Assembly: GCF_049554935.1 (NCBI RefSeq)
Contig: NZ_CP186926.1
Span: 640,001 to 704,000, forward strand
Reading direction: 5' to 3'
Length of the DNA: 64,000 nucleotides
Source: Methanocaldococcus indicus
GTDB lineage: Archaea; AGJL01; Methanococci; Methanococcales; Methanocaldococcaceae
Within the stretch, counting starts at the first letter, position 1. The number at the start of each line of letters is the position of its first letter. The notes beneath the pieces are model-generated. The model searched no databases and had not been told where the DNA came from. It was given only the letters and a program-made list of their open reading frames with translations. A program made the position numbers and the translations under genes. Of the stretch, positions 21,272 through 30,543 are shown piece by piece.

Positions 21272-22531
21272 ATGGATTTTAGTGAAATTCTTAAAGATAT
21301 TAAACCAGATAAGGAAGAAATGGAAAAAATCCATAATTTAGCTGATAAGTTAATCAATATTATTAAAAAATATTCTTCAAAGAATGTAGAAGATGTTCTA
21401 TTTGTTGGTTCTTCTGCGAGAAATACAAACTTAAAAGGTTCTTATGATATTGATATTTTTATATTGTTTAATAAAAGAGTTTCAATTGAGAAATTAGAAG
21501 AAGAAGGTTTATATTTAGGTAAGAAAGCTATTGAAGAGTTAAATGGAAAGTATGAAATAAACTATGCCTCTCATCCATACATAAGGGGGTATGTTGATAA
21601 ATATAAAGTAGATATTGTTCCATGTTATAAGATAGAGTTTGGAGAAAGAATAATTTCTGCTGTTGATAGAACTCCTCTACATCATAAATTTTTAATAGAA
21701 AGATTAACACCTCAGTTATGTGATGAAGTTAGATTATTAAAAGCTTTTTTAAAAAGTTTAGGATTGTATGGTTCTGATGTAAAAACTAAAGGATTTTCTG
21801 GATATTTATGTGAGCTTTTAATTTTAAAATATAATTCTTTTTTAAATTTATTGGAAGATGCACAAAATTGGAAAAAGAAGAAAGTTATTATTTTAGATGA
21901 TATATATAAACTCTATGGAGATATTAAATTTAAAGAATTTGATGAGCCATTGGTAGTTTATGACCCAGTAGATATAAATAGGAATGTAGCTGCTGCACTA
22001 TCAAGAGACAACTATTGTAAATTTATTTTCTATTCAAGAGAATTTTTAAAAAACCCAAAAAAAGAATTTTTTTATAACTATAAGGAAATTATAGAGAAAA
22101 ATCTAAACAATAGAGAGAAAGGTAAAGTTATTAAATTAAAGATTCCAAGAGATAAAATATCTGATGATATTGTATATCCACAGTTAGAGAAGTTATTAAA
22201 ATCTATTGTTAAAATTTTAGAGCAGCATGAATTTAAGCTATTAACATATAAATGCTACTTAGATGAAAATTATGGATTTATTGAATTAGAGTTTTTAGTA
22301 GATGAACTACCAAACATTATGATTAAACTTGGACCTCCTATTTATAATAAAAAGAGAGTTGATAGCTTTTTAAAAAAATATGATAAAGTTTTTGTAAAAG
22401 ATTGTTATTTATATAGTTTTTCAAATAGAAAATATACTAATGCTATAGATTTATTAAAAGATATAATTAACAAAAAGATTCCAATATCTAAAACTAAAAA
22501 TGTATATTTAGATGAAGCAGAAATTTTATAA
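21272..22531 (+). CDS. cca: CCA-adding enzyme (archaeal class I)
   Basis: VGSSARNT...DIDIF, YASHPY, SAVDRTPLH, GFSGYLCELL, DPVD..RNVAAA. Confidence 0.95.
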   Translation: MDFSEILKDIKPDKEEMEKIHNLADKLINIIKKYSSKNVEDVLFVGSSARNTNLKGSYDIDIFILFNKRVSIEKLEEEGLYLGKKAIEELNGKYEINYASHPYIRGYVDKYKVDIVPCYKIEFGERIISAVDRTPLHHKFLIERLTPQLCDEVRLLKAFLKSLGLYGSDVKTKGFSGYLCELLILKYNSFLNLLEDAQNWKKKKVIILDDIYKLYGDIKFKEFDEPLVVYDPVDINRNVAAALSRDNYCKFIFYSREFLKNPKKEFFYNYKEIIEKNLNNREKGKVIKLKIPRDKISDDIVYPQLEKLLKSIVKILEQHEFKLLTYKCYLDENYGFIELEFLVDELPNIMIKLGPPIYNKKRVDSFLKKYDKVFVKDCYLYSFSNRKYTNAIDLLKDIINKKIPISKTKNVYLDEAEIL

Positions 22532-23698
22532 GTCTATTTTAGCTAATTCATGTCCAAACTCTTTTAATTTGTATAATTGTTCTTTTGTTGGACACATTCT
22601 TATTTTTAGAATATCATCATCTATAATCTTGTAGTTAAGCTCCTCAAATACCAATTTTATTTTATTTGTTGCACATTCATTCCAACCATAAGAACCAAAG
22701 GCTACCCCAATTTTATCATAAGGTTTTATACTTAATAAATAAGTTAATAACTTTCCAATTGTTGGATGTACATTCCTATTCATTGTAGGTGAGCCAATTA
22801 ATACATATTTAGCATCTACCATTTCAGTTATAATTTTTGATAATGGCGTATTAGATGCATCAAATATTTTTACATTAATACCCTCTTCTATTAAACCACA
22901 AGCTAATGCATGAGCCATTTTTTTAGTTGAGTTATATATGGTGTCATAAACAATAACAGCTTTATTTTTATACTTTGAAAATGCCCACTGCTCATATCTC
23001 TTTAAGATTTCATCAATATATTTTCTCCATATTACACCATGAGCTGGAGCAATTATATCAATTTCTAACTCCTTTATAGTTTTTATTAAATCAATAATTA
23101 ATGTTTTATAAGGCATTAGAACATTTGCAAAGTATTCTTTTGCATAATACATAGAGTATCCTCTAATATCATCATCAAATCTCTGAGTAGATGCATAATG
23201 TTGTCCAAATGCGTCATTTGAAAATAGAATCTTATCATCTGCTAAATAAGTAATCATATTATCTGGCCAATGTAACATTGGAGTATGTATAAATTTAAAC
23301 CTTTTATTTCCTAATTTTATAGTTTCATAGTTATCAACTGTTATAAATTCCCAATTTTTTGTATTATAACATAAAGATAATAGTTCTTTGCATTTTTCAT
23401 TTGTTATTATTTTAGCCCCACTATATTCAACAATTTTTGGTAATGCCCCTGTATGGTCTTTTTCAGCATGATTAACAATTATATAATCTAAATCTCTAAT
23501 ATCAATGACATCCCATATTCTACATAAAAGTTCATCTGCAAAAGTTTCTTTTACTGTGTCTATTAATATATTTTTCTCTCCAGTGATTAAATAGGAGTTG
23601 TAAGTAGTCCCAAATGGTGTATAGTGTGCATGAAATTCTCTTAATTCCCAATCAATTGCCCCTACCCAATATATATTCTTTTTAATTTCAACTACCAT
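22526..23698 (-). CDS. fprA: Flavodiiron protein (FprA family; F420H2 oxidase-like)
   Basis: GTTYNSY, NHAEKDH, LHWPD, FSNDAFGQH, PAHG; flavodoxin domain GSPT/FGSYGW. Confidence 0.9.
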   Translation of the reverse strand: MVVEIKKNIYWVGAIDWELREFHAHYTPFGTTYNSYLITGEKNILIDTVKETFADELLCRIWDVIDIRDLDYIIVNHAEKDHTGALPKIVEYSGAKIITNEKCKELLSLCYNTKNWEFITVDNYETIKLGNKRFKFIHTPMLHWPDNMITYLADDKILFSNDAFGQHYASTQRFDDDIRGYSMYYAKEYFANVLMPYKTLIIDLIKTIKELEIDIIAPAHGVIWRKYIDEILKRYEQWAFSKYKNKAVIVYDTIYNSTKKMAHALACGLIEEGINVKIFDASNTPLSKIITEMVDAKYVLIGSPTMNRNVHPTIGKLLTYLLSIKPYDKIGVAFGSYGWNECATNKIKLVFEELNYKIIDDDILKIRMCPTKEQLYKLKEFGHELAKIDL

Positions 23699-23800
23699 AG
23701 TAACCTCCTAAAAAATATAGTGAGTATCATTTAATAATAATAACTTATATAATAACTTTATTGTATTAAAATAATTCTAAATTTTACAAAAATCTTTTAT

Positions 23801-24529
23801 ATGTGGGAAATTATGAAATATTTATTTATATCATCCAAAAAAGATTTAGCAAGTTTAAATATTGCTAAACATCTTGAGGAGTATTTTGATATATATTATA
23901 CTGAAAAAGATTTGTTAGATATAAAAAGAGAGGATTTAAAAAAATCTGATTATTACATTTTTCTCTCAAAACATAGAAGTGAGAGAAATTTACCTTCTTT
24001 AACAGTCCATGTTCCTGGATTGTTAGATAAAGAAATATGTCCAGCAGATGCAGTTTTGAATACATTAATACTAAAAAATTTAAATAAATATAATAACATT
24101 GGATATAATGTATCTTTTGAAGTTGTTCATCATACACCAACAGATTTAGATGGGTATAGTGTTTTTGTGGAAATAGGAAGTAGTGAAAAAGAATGGACTA
24201 ATGAAAAGGCTGGGAAAATAGTTGCTAATGCAATAGTTGAAAGTATAGAATGCTTAGAGAATCAAGATTATGAAGAATTAGATAGAGTTCTTGGCATTGG
24301 TGGAGGACATTATGCCCCAAAATTTACAAAGTTAGCTTTACAAAATAAATACTATTTTGGTTATTTAGTTCCTAAGTATATAAATATTAAAGAGGATATT
24401 TTAAAACAGATGTTAAATAAGAGTGAGATTGATAAAGTTTTAATAGATTGGAAAGGATGTAAAAGTGAAATGAAAAAAAAGTGTATATCCTTTTTTGAAA
24501 ATTCTGGGATAGAATGGGAGAAAGTCTAA
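23801..24529 (+). CDS. dtdA: D-aminoacyl-tRNA deacylase (archaeal DTD2)
   Basis: FLSKHRS...LTVH, EVVHH.PT, FVEIGS...W, GIGGGHYAP. Confidence 0.9.
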   Translation: MWEIMKYLFISSKKDLASLNIAKHLEEYFDIYYTEKDLLDIKREDLKKSDYYIFLSKHRSERNLPSLTVHVPGLLDKEICPADAVLNTLILKNLNKYNNIGYNVSFEVVHHTPTDLDGYSVFVEIGSSEKEWTNEKAGKIVANAIVESIECLENQDYEELDRVLGIGGGHYAPKFTKLALQNKYYFGYLVPKYINIKEDILKQMLNKSEIDKVLIDWKGCKSEMKKKCISFFENSGIEWEKV

Positions 24530-25296
24530 GAGACATTTTATTAGATTTTAAAAAAGGAAAATTAGATATTGATGAAGTAGAAAAGTTAATTAAATTAGAT
24601 TATATAGAAAAATTAGAAAAATTTAAGTTAGATATTAATAGAGAGTTAAGAACTGGAATTCCAGAAGTGGTTTATGGGAAGGGAAAGTGTATAGATGAGA
24701 TAATAGAAGGCACAATAAACTTAGCTAAAAAGAATGGAAAAGCTCTTGCCACAAAAATTTATAATATTGAAGAATTAAAAGAAAAAATTAAAAACTACAA
24801 TGAAGATTTAGATAACTACACAATTAAAATAAATGAAAAAGCAAAAACTTTAACAATTATTAGAAAGGATTATCTCCATAAAAATAGAAATGTAGTAAAG
24901 GGTTGTGTAGGAATTATAACAGCTGGAACAGCAGATATACCCATAGCAGAAGAAGCTAAAGAAACATTAGATTTTTTAGGTGTGAGATATATAACTTCCT
25001 ATGATGTTGGAGTAGCAGGAATACATAGGTTATTTCCAATATTAAGAGAAATGATTATAAATAAAGTATCAGTTATTATAGTCATAGCTGGGATGGAAGG
25101 AGCACTTCCATCAGTTGTTTCGTCATTAGTTGATGTTCCTGTTATTGGAGTCCCAACTTCAACAGCTACTATTGAAATTACTCCTTTATTGTCTATGTTA
25201 CACTCATGCTCTCCTGGGTTAGCTGTTGTAAATATAGATAATGGCTTTGGAGCTGCAACTTTTGCATACTTAATACTGAAGGTGAAAGATTTATGA
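24514..25296 (+). CDS. larB: Nickel-pincer cofactor biosynthesis protein LarB (PurE-like)
   Basis: RTGIPEVVYG.GK, AGTADIPIAEEA, DVGVAGIHRL, AGMEGALPS, VVNIDNGFGAA. Confidence 0.9.
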   Translation: MGESLRDILLDFKKGKLDIDEVEKLIKLDYIEKLEKFKLDINRELRTGIPEVVYGKGKCIDEIIEGTINLAKKNGKALATKIYNIEELKEKIKNYNEDLDNYTIKINEKAKTLTIIRKDYLHKNRNVVKGCVGIITAGTADIPIAEEAKETLDFLGVRYITSYDVGVAGIHRLFPILREMIINKVSVIIVIAGMEGALPSVVSSLVDVPVIGVPTSTATIEITPLLSMLHSCSPGLAVVNIDNGFGAATFAYLILKVKDL

Positions 25297-26447
25297 TTAA
25301 AATTATTGAAGGTGATTATGTAAAAACAATGTCTGAATTAAATTTAGATGATGTTCTATCTAAGGTTGATACTGGATATATTATAATTTATGCAAAAGAA
25401 GGAGATAGATTTCATGAAGGTTATTTATTTTTTGAGAATGGTAAATTAGTTGGAGCTTATTATACAGATAATAGAGAAGTTGAAGTATTTGGAGATAGAA
25501 GTAAAGTGTTAGAAATACTTAATAAAGAAAATAAGATCATTGAAGTATATAGATACACAAAGGATAAAATTAATTTATTAAAATGGTTATATCCAGAAAT
25601 TTTTAAACTTAAATTAGAAAAGGACAAATTTGAGGGAAAATATTCAAAAGATAGACTATCAATTCCATTAGATAACCTAATTGCAAAGAATATTAATGAC
25701 ATTACTCCATTTTTAGAGAATAATAAAATAATTTTAGTAAATATTTATGATAAAGTAGGAACAGAAAATGCATATATTGTTTATAAAGGAAAAAATCCAA
25801 TTTTAGCTTATTATGAATGTGACAAAGGTAGTTTATTTGGCAATGATGCCTATGAAAAAATAAAAGAAATCTTAGAAACTGATAAAGATAATTATATTAT
25901 TGATATTTATGATTTTGATGAAATTAAGTTAAATATTTTACTTGAAACATATCCTAAACTAAAAATTGAAGAAGTTGAAGAAGAAAAAATAGAGGAAATT
26001 GAAGCTAAATCAGATGATATGGGTGCTAAAGAAATTGAAGAAATCAATAAAATAGAGGAAGAAGAAGAGCTTTCAAGAGAAGAACTTTTGAAAAGATTGG
26101 GTATTACTGAGCCAGATGAGGAATGGGTAGAAGAAGTTATAGAAGAATTTATGAGACCAGATGATGAATTTTTAGAAGAACTTAAAAAAGAAATTGAAGA
26201 GAAAATAAAAAATGAAATTTTGAAAATTGATGGTGTTAAAGATGTTAATATTAATATTAATGTAAAATGGGAGAATGGAAGATATTATATATCTGGAGAA
26301 ATAAAAATAATTAGAAAGAGTATATTTGGACTATTCAAGAAAGAAATTGACCCTGGAGTTATAAAAATTATTGTTGATAAGATTATTAAGAATACAATTC
26401 CTAAATATGAAAAATATACAACACACATATCAATCAATATAGAATAA
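25293..26447 (+). CDS. DUF2226-family protein (tandem domains plus acidic linker)
   Basis: Duplicated TGYIII..EG.LFF.NGK.VGA-like domain; LSREELLKRLGI.EPDEEWVE motif. Confidence 0.7.
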   Translation: MIKIIEGDYVKTMSELNLDDVLSKVDTGYIIIYAKEGDRFHEGYLFFENGKLVGAYYTDNREVEVFGDRSKVLEILNKENKIIEVYRYTKDKINLLKWLYPEIFKLKLEKDKFEGKYSKDRLSIPLDNLIAKNINDITPFLENNKIILVNIYDKVGTENAYIVYKGKNPILAYYECDKGSLFGNDAYEKIKEILETDKDNYIIDIYDFDEIKLNILLETYPKLKIEEVEEEKIEEIEAKSDDMGAKEIEEINKIEEEEELSREELLKRLGITEPDEEWVEEVIEEFMRPDDEFLEELKKEIEEKIKNEILKIDGVKDVNININVKWENGRYYISGEIKIIRKSIFGLFKKEIDPGVIKIIVDKIIKNTIPKYEKYTTHISINIE

Positions 26448-26457
26448 ATGTGAGATT

Positions 26458-27051
26458 ATGTATTATGAACTAATTTTTTTTATCAGCTTTATTTTAGGAG
26501 GGATATTAGCATATCTATTATATAAATATAAAGAGAACCAAAAACAACAATCATTTAAAGTTATTGAAATGGAGCTTGTGGAAAATTTAAAGGAATTAAA
26601 AAAGCAAATTGAACCAACTGATGATAAAAAATTTAGTAAAGAGTTTGATTTAGTAGAGTTATCTTTGAATTATGAGTTTGATGATATTGTTATAACTAAT
26701 GATGAAGGTTTTATAATAGCTTCAACTTATGAAGATTCTGATGAATTTGGTTCAACTCTATTTAGAATCTTTGAGAATATTAAAGATTATTTAAAAAAAG
26801 TAAAAAAAGTTGTTATTCAAAGTGATGAATACATTATAATATATCCAATAGAATATATGAATGAAGAAATATATATAATAACAAAAACTAAAATTTTACC
26901 AAATCCTGTTGAAGAAAAGAAATTTTTAGATGAAATAAAACATCTATTAGACAATAAATATTTACATCAACTAAGAACATTAGAAAACATCTCTGATAAG
27001 TTTATTACTAAAACAATTGATGAAATAGAAGGAAATGTCACAAATATTTAA
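26458..27051 (+). CDS. Hypothetical protein with N-terminal TM helix and possible roadblock/LC7-like domain
   Basis: TM LIFFISFILGGILAYLL; DDIVITNDEGFIIAS motif. Confidence 0.6.
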   Translation: MYYELIFFISFILGGILAYLLYKYKENQKQQSFKVIEMELVENLKELKKQIEPTDDKKFSKEFDLVELSLNYEFDDIVITNDEGFIIASTYEDSDEFGSTLFRIFENIKDYLKKVKKVVIQSDEYIIIYPIEYMNEEIYIITKTKILPNPVEEKKFLDEIKHLLDNKYLHQLRTLENISDKFITKTIDEIEGNVTNI

Positions 27052-27509
27052 AAAAACTTTACAGCAGATAATGCAATATTTATAATAGATAAAACAACTA
27101 CAACATATATTAGATTTTTAATATCTTTAAGATTATATAATGTAGATAAATTACTATGATTAATGCTATTAAATATGTCTGAGATTTTATTTATTTTTAT
27201 ATTAGTTTTTTCAAGATTCAATATAATTTTCTCAGTTTTATATTCAAGACTCTTTTTATTTGTTATACTTTTAATTTCATTAATTTTTGTATTTAACTCA
27301 TTCATATATAGATTTAATTCATCTAAGGAATTTCCTACCAATTTGATATTAGAGATATGCATATCTAACTTGTTACTCAATTTTTCTAATGACTTTATAG
27401 ATTTTTCTAAATTTTTATTTGTTATATTTAAACCATAATGAACTTCTGCAACATAATTGTTAAGCTCTGACATTAATCTATCTAATTCATCTATTTTTAT
27501 TTCCCCCAT
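27048..27509 (-). CDS. Hypothetical coiled-coil protein with C-terminal TM anchor
   Basis: Heptad pattern; C-terminal LIYVVVVLSIINIALSAV. Confidence 0.7.
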   Translation of the reverse strand: MGEIKIDELDRLMSELNNYVAEVHYGLNITNKNLEKSIKSLEKLSNKLDMHISNIKLVGNSLDELNLYMNELNTKINEIKSITNKKSLEYKTEKIILNLEKTNIKINKISDIFNSINHSNLSTLYNLKDIKNLIYVVVVLSIINIALSAVKFF

Positions 27510-27557
27510 TACACATCACCACACAAAAAATATCAATGAATTATTATGTATTAAAGT

Positions 27558-28043
27558 TTATATTCTATTGTCAATTTCTGTCAATAACTCTTCCATTCTT
27601 TTATTTATAACTTCACATTTTTCTAATAGATTTCTTAAATCACTTTTATTTTGTGTTATAAGGTTCATAGCTTCATTATATTCTCCAAATATTAGAACAT
27701 ATTTTTCCTTATCAATATCTTTTAATTTCTCTAAAGTTTTTTCTAATTTACTCAGTGAATCTTCGTTTCTTTCCATATTAGCTCCTAAGCTTAATATCAT
27801 ACTTTTAACATTTTCTATAACATTGTGAAGATTTTCCAAGTTTTTTATTAAGTCCTCAAGTAATTTTATATTATATTTATCTTTTTCAATAACTTCATAA
27901 TATTTACATTCTATAATTTCCAAAGTTTTTTCAACATTATTTAGCACATCTTTTAGTTGATTTATTATCTTTACAACATCTCTATTACTATCTTTAAAGT
28001 CTTTAATGCTTTTTATCAAATTTTCAACTATATTTTCATACAT
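27558..28043 (-). CDS. Hypothetical soluble coiled-coil protein
   Basis: 161-aa ORF, all-helical heptad pattern, co-oriented in operon. Confidence 0.7.
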   Translation of the reverse strand: MYENIVENLIKSIKDFKDSNRDVVKIINQLKDVLNNVEKTLEIIECKYYEVIEKDKYNIKLLEDLIKNLENLHNVIENVKSMILSLGANMERNEDSLSKLEKTLEKLKDIDKEKYVLIFGEYNEAMNLITQNKSDLRNLLEKCEVINKRMEELLTEIDNRI

Positions 28044-28048
28044 TTTTA

Positions 28049-28594
28049 TTACCCCTTTAACATCTCCTTTACAAATTTTTCAGCAAGATTTTTATGTTCT
28101 TTACTACCAACTTTTTTTATAATTTTATATAACTCTAATATATCTTTTTCTATATCTTTTAAATGTCTCCTTGAATACAAAATAGCCATCTCTACAATTA
28201 AACCATCAGCTCTACAATAAGGTTTTATTTCTCTATTAAAATAGATTCTATCAATTTCCTCCCCTTCTATTAGTAAAATTTTACTTTTTCCTAATTTATC
28301 TTCTCTATTTATAATTTTTCTACTTACTACTTTATAAAATATTGAATAATATCCTTTAACAAAAGGAATATCTCTATAAAATAGATATTCATCATCATCA
28401 GTTAAAACTGCCTCAGCTATTTTAATTGGCTCAACAACATTAACAGAAAAGTAATCCTGATTTAGTAGATTTTCATAAGTATGTGAGCCTTCAAAAATTT
28501 TCATCCTTACCTTTTTATCTTTAATATATGTTCCTATTGGAGCTTTGTTCAATCTATTATTTAACTTAGTTACTACAACTGTCTCATAAATCAT
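28049..28594 (-). CDS. DUF447 family protein (split-barrel, flavin-binding-like)
   Basis: YETVVVT...APIG, FEGSHTYENL, RA.GLIVE. Confidence 0.8.
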   Translation of the reverse strand: MIYETVVVTKLNNRLNKAPIGTYIKDKKVRMKIFEGSHTYENLLNQDYFSVNVVEPIKIAEAVLTDDDEYLFYRDIPFVKGYYSIFYKVVSRKIINREDKLGKSKILLIEGEEIDRIYFNREIKPYCRADGLIVEMAILYSRRHLKDIEKDILELYKIIKKVGSKEHKNLAEKFVKEMLKG

Positions 28595-29364
28595 AAAACC
28601 TCTACCTTAATACTCTCTAAGTCTCCTCCTCTTTTATATCTTAATAATAAAGAAAATTCTTCTTTATTTGCCTCAAAAGGAATAACTAATGGAGGATTAA
28701 GCATTTTTAAGTTTCCTGATATATGTTTATTAGTTAATATAGTATATGTTCTTAACTTCAAAGCTAAATTTTTATTTATATTGTCTAATTTAAAGTTAAA
28801 AATATATTCAACTTCTAAATCATTTATTTTGTAGAAATTAACTTCTTCATAAATAACTTCATTAGATAACTCTCTATATTTATCATCTTCATCATAATGA
28901 ATATAATTTAGAGGAGATTCAACAATTTGAGCTGATGATACTACTCTTTCAGGTATTAACTTTCCTCTATATTTTAATAAACCTCTTCTATGTATTGAAT
29001 TTATAACCTTAACTTGTGGCTCAGTTATTAAGGCAGTATCTAACATCTCAGCTATAATAACATCAGCCTTCTCTTTGAAGTTATATATTTCAGCATCTCC
29101 CTCTATAGCCTCTATATTTTTAAAATTATTTAATTCAATATTTTCTTTTACATACTCATAAGTGAAGCTATCTAACTCAATAGCATAAACTTTCTTTGCT
29201 ATTCTGCCAGCAATCATTGCTAAAATTCCTGAGCCAGTTCCTAAATCATAAACTATATGATGTGGTTTAACTACACTTTCTATTGCTTCTTTGAATATTG
29301 CTAATCTCTCATAATCAGTTAATAAAGAGTTATGCCACTGAGGAGCTTTAATCTTTAACTTCAT
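28591..29364 (-). CDS. SAM-dependent methyltransferase (COG4076-like, PRMT-like)
   Basis: LLTDYER, DLGTGSGILA, DVIIAEMLDTALITE. Confidence 0.8.
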   Translation of the reverse strand: MKLKIKAPQWHNSLLTDYERLAIFKEAIESVVKPHHIVYDLGTGSGILAMIAGRIAKKVYAIELDSFTYEYVKENIELNNFKNIEAIEGDAEIYNFKEKADVIIAEMLDTALITEPQVKVINSIHRRGLLKYRGKLIPERVVSSAQIVESPLNYIHYDEDDKYRELSNEVIYEEVNFYKINDLEVEYIFNFKLDNINKNLALKLRTYTILTNKHISGNLKMLNPPLVIPFEANKEEFSLLLRYKRGGDLESIKVEVL

Positions 29365-29388
29365 AATTAATCACTTTGGGGATGTAAA

Positions 29389-30543
29389 ATGTTGTTTAAG
29401 GAAGTTTTAGATTTTAATAAAGCAAGAGAGATAGTTTATAGTTATTTAAATAAGTATGTTAAATCATCAAATATTAAGCTTATAGATGGTTTAAATAAAA
29501 TAGCTTATGAAGATGTTAAAGCACCTATAAACCTTCCTTATTTTAATAGGAGTGCTATGGATGGTTATGCTGTAAGAGCTGAGGATGTTTCTGGAGCTTC
29601 ACAAACAAATCCTATTATTTTAAATTTAGTTGAGAGAGATTATATAGATGAAGGTGAAGCAAAAAAAGTCCATACAGGAGATAAATTACCAGAAGGAGCT
29701 AATGCTGTTGTAATGAAAGAATACTGTAATGAATATAACAACTTTTTAGAAGTTTATAAGTCAGTTCATCCAAATGAAAATGTTTCAAAAATAGGAGAAG
29801 ATGTAAAAAAAGGAGATACTATATTAAAGAAAGGAGAAAAAATATCTCCATATCACTTAGCTATACTATCATCTTTGGGAATTAAAAATATTAAAGTATA
29901 TGATTTAAAAATAGGAGTTATTTCAACAGGAGCGGAATTAGTTAGTTTAGAAGAAGGTATTAAAAATAATAAAATAATTAACTCAAACTACTATTTACTT
30001 TATGGTCTATTAAAAAACTTAGGTTTTGATGTTGTAGATTATGGAATTGTTAAAGATAATTTAGATAATATAAAAGAAACATTAAAAAAAGCTAATGAGG
30101 AAGTAGATATTATTTTTACTACTGGGGGGACATCTGTTGGAGATAGGGACTTAACAGTTAAAGCTGTTAAAGAACTTGGAGATGTTATTTTACATGGAGT
30201 CAATATAAGGCCAGGAAAACCTTTTGCCTTTGGAGTTATTGACAAACCTATTTTTATGCTCTCTGGATATCCTGTTGCTGCTGCTGTTCAGTTTGAACTG
30301 TTCTTTTATAGATACTTTGCACAAAGAAAAAAGATAATGTTGGAGCTTTCACATCCAATTCCTTCACAATTAGGAAGGGTAGATTTTGTTAGAGTTAAAA
30401 TAGTTAAAAATAAAGTCTTACCAGTAAGGATAACTGGAAGTGGTGTTATATCCTCTCTAATAAAAAGTGATGGATACATAATTGTTGATGAAAATATAGA
30501 GGGTTATGAAAAAGGAGAAAAAGTTGAAGTTTATCTATTCTGA
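29389..30543 (+). CDS. moeA: Molybdopterin/tungstopterin metal insertase MoeA
   Basis: SAMDGYAV, TG..LPEGANAVV, STGAEL, TGGTSVG.RD, RPGKP, LSGYP. Confidence 0.94.
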   Translation: MLFKEVLDFNKAREIVYSYLNKYVKSSNIKLIDGLNKIAYEDVKAPINLPYFNRSAMDGYAVRAEDVSGASQTNPIILNLVERDYIDEGEAKKVHTGDKLPEGANAVVMKEYCNEYNNFLEVYKSVHPNENVSKIGEDVKKGDTILKKGEKISPYHLAILSSLGIKNIKVYDLKIGVISTGAELVSLEEGIKNNKIINSNYYLLYGLLKNLGFDVVDYGIVKDNLDNIKETLKKANEEVDIIFTTGGTSVGDRDLTVKAVKELGDVILHGVNIRPGKPFAFGVIDKPIFMLSGYPVAAAVQFELFFYRYFAQRKKIMLELSHPIPSQLGRVDFVRVKIVKNKVLPVRITGSGVISSLIKSDGYIIVDENIEGYEKGEKVEVYLF

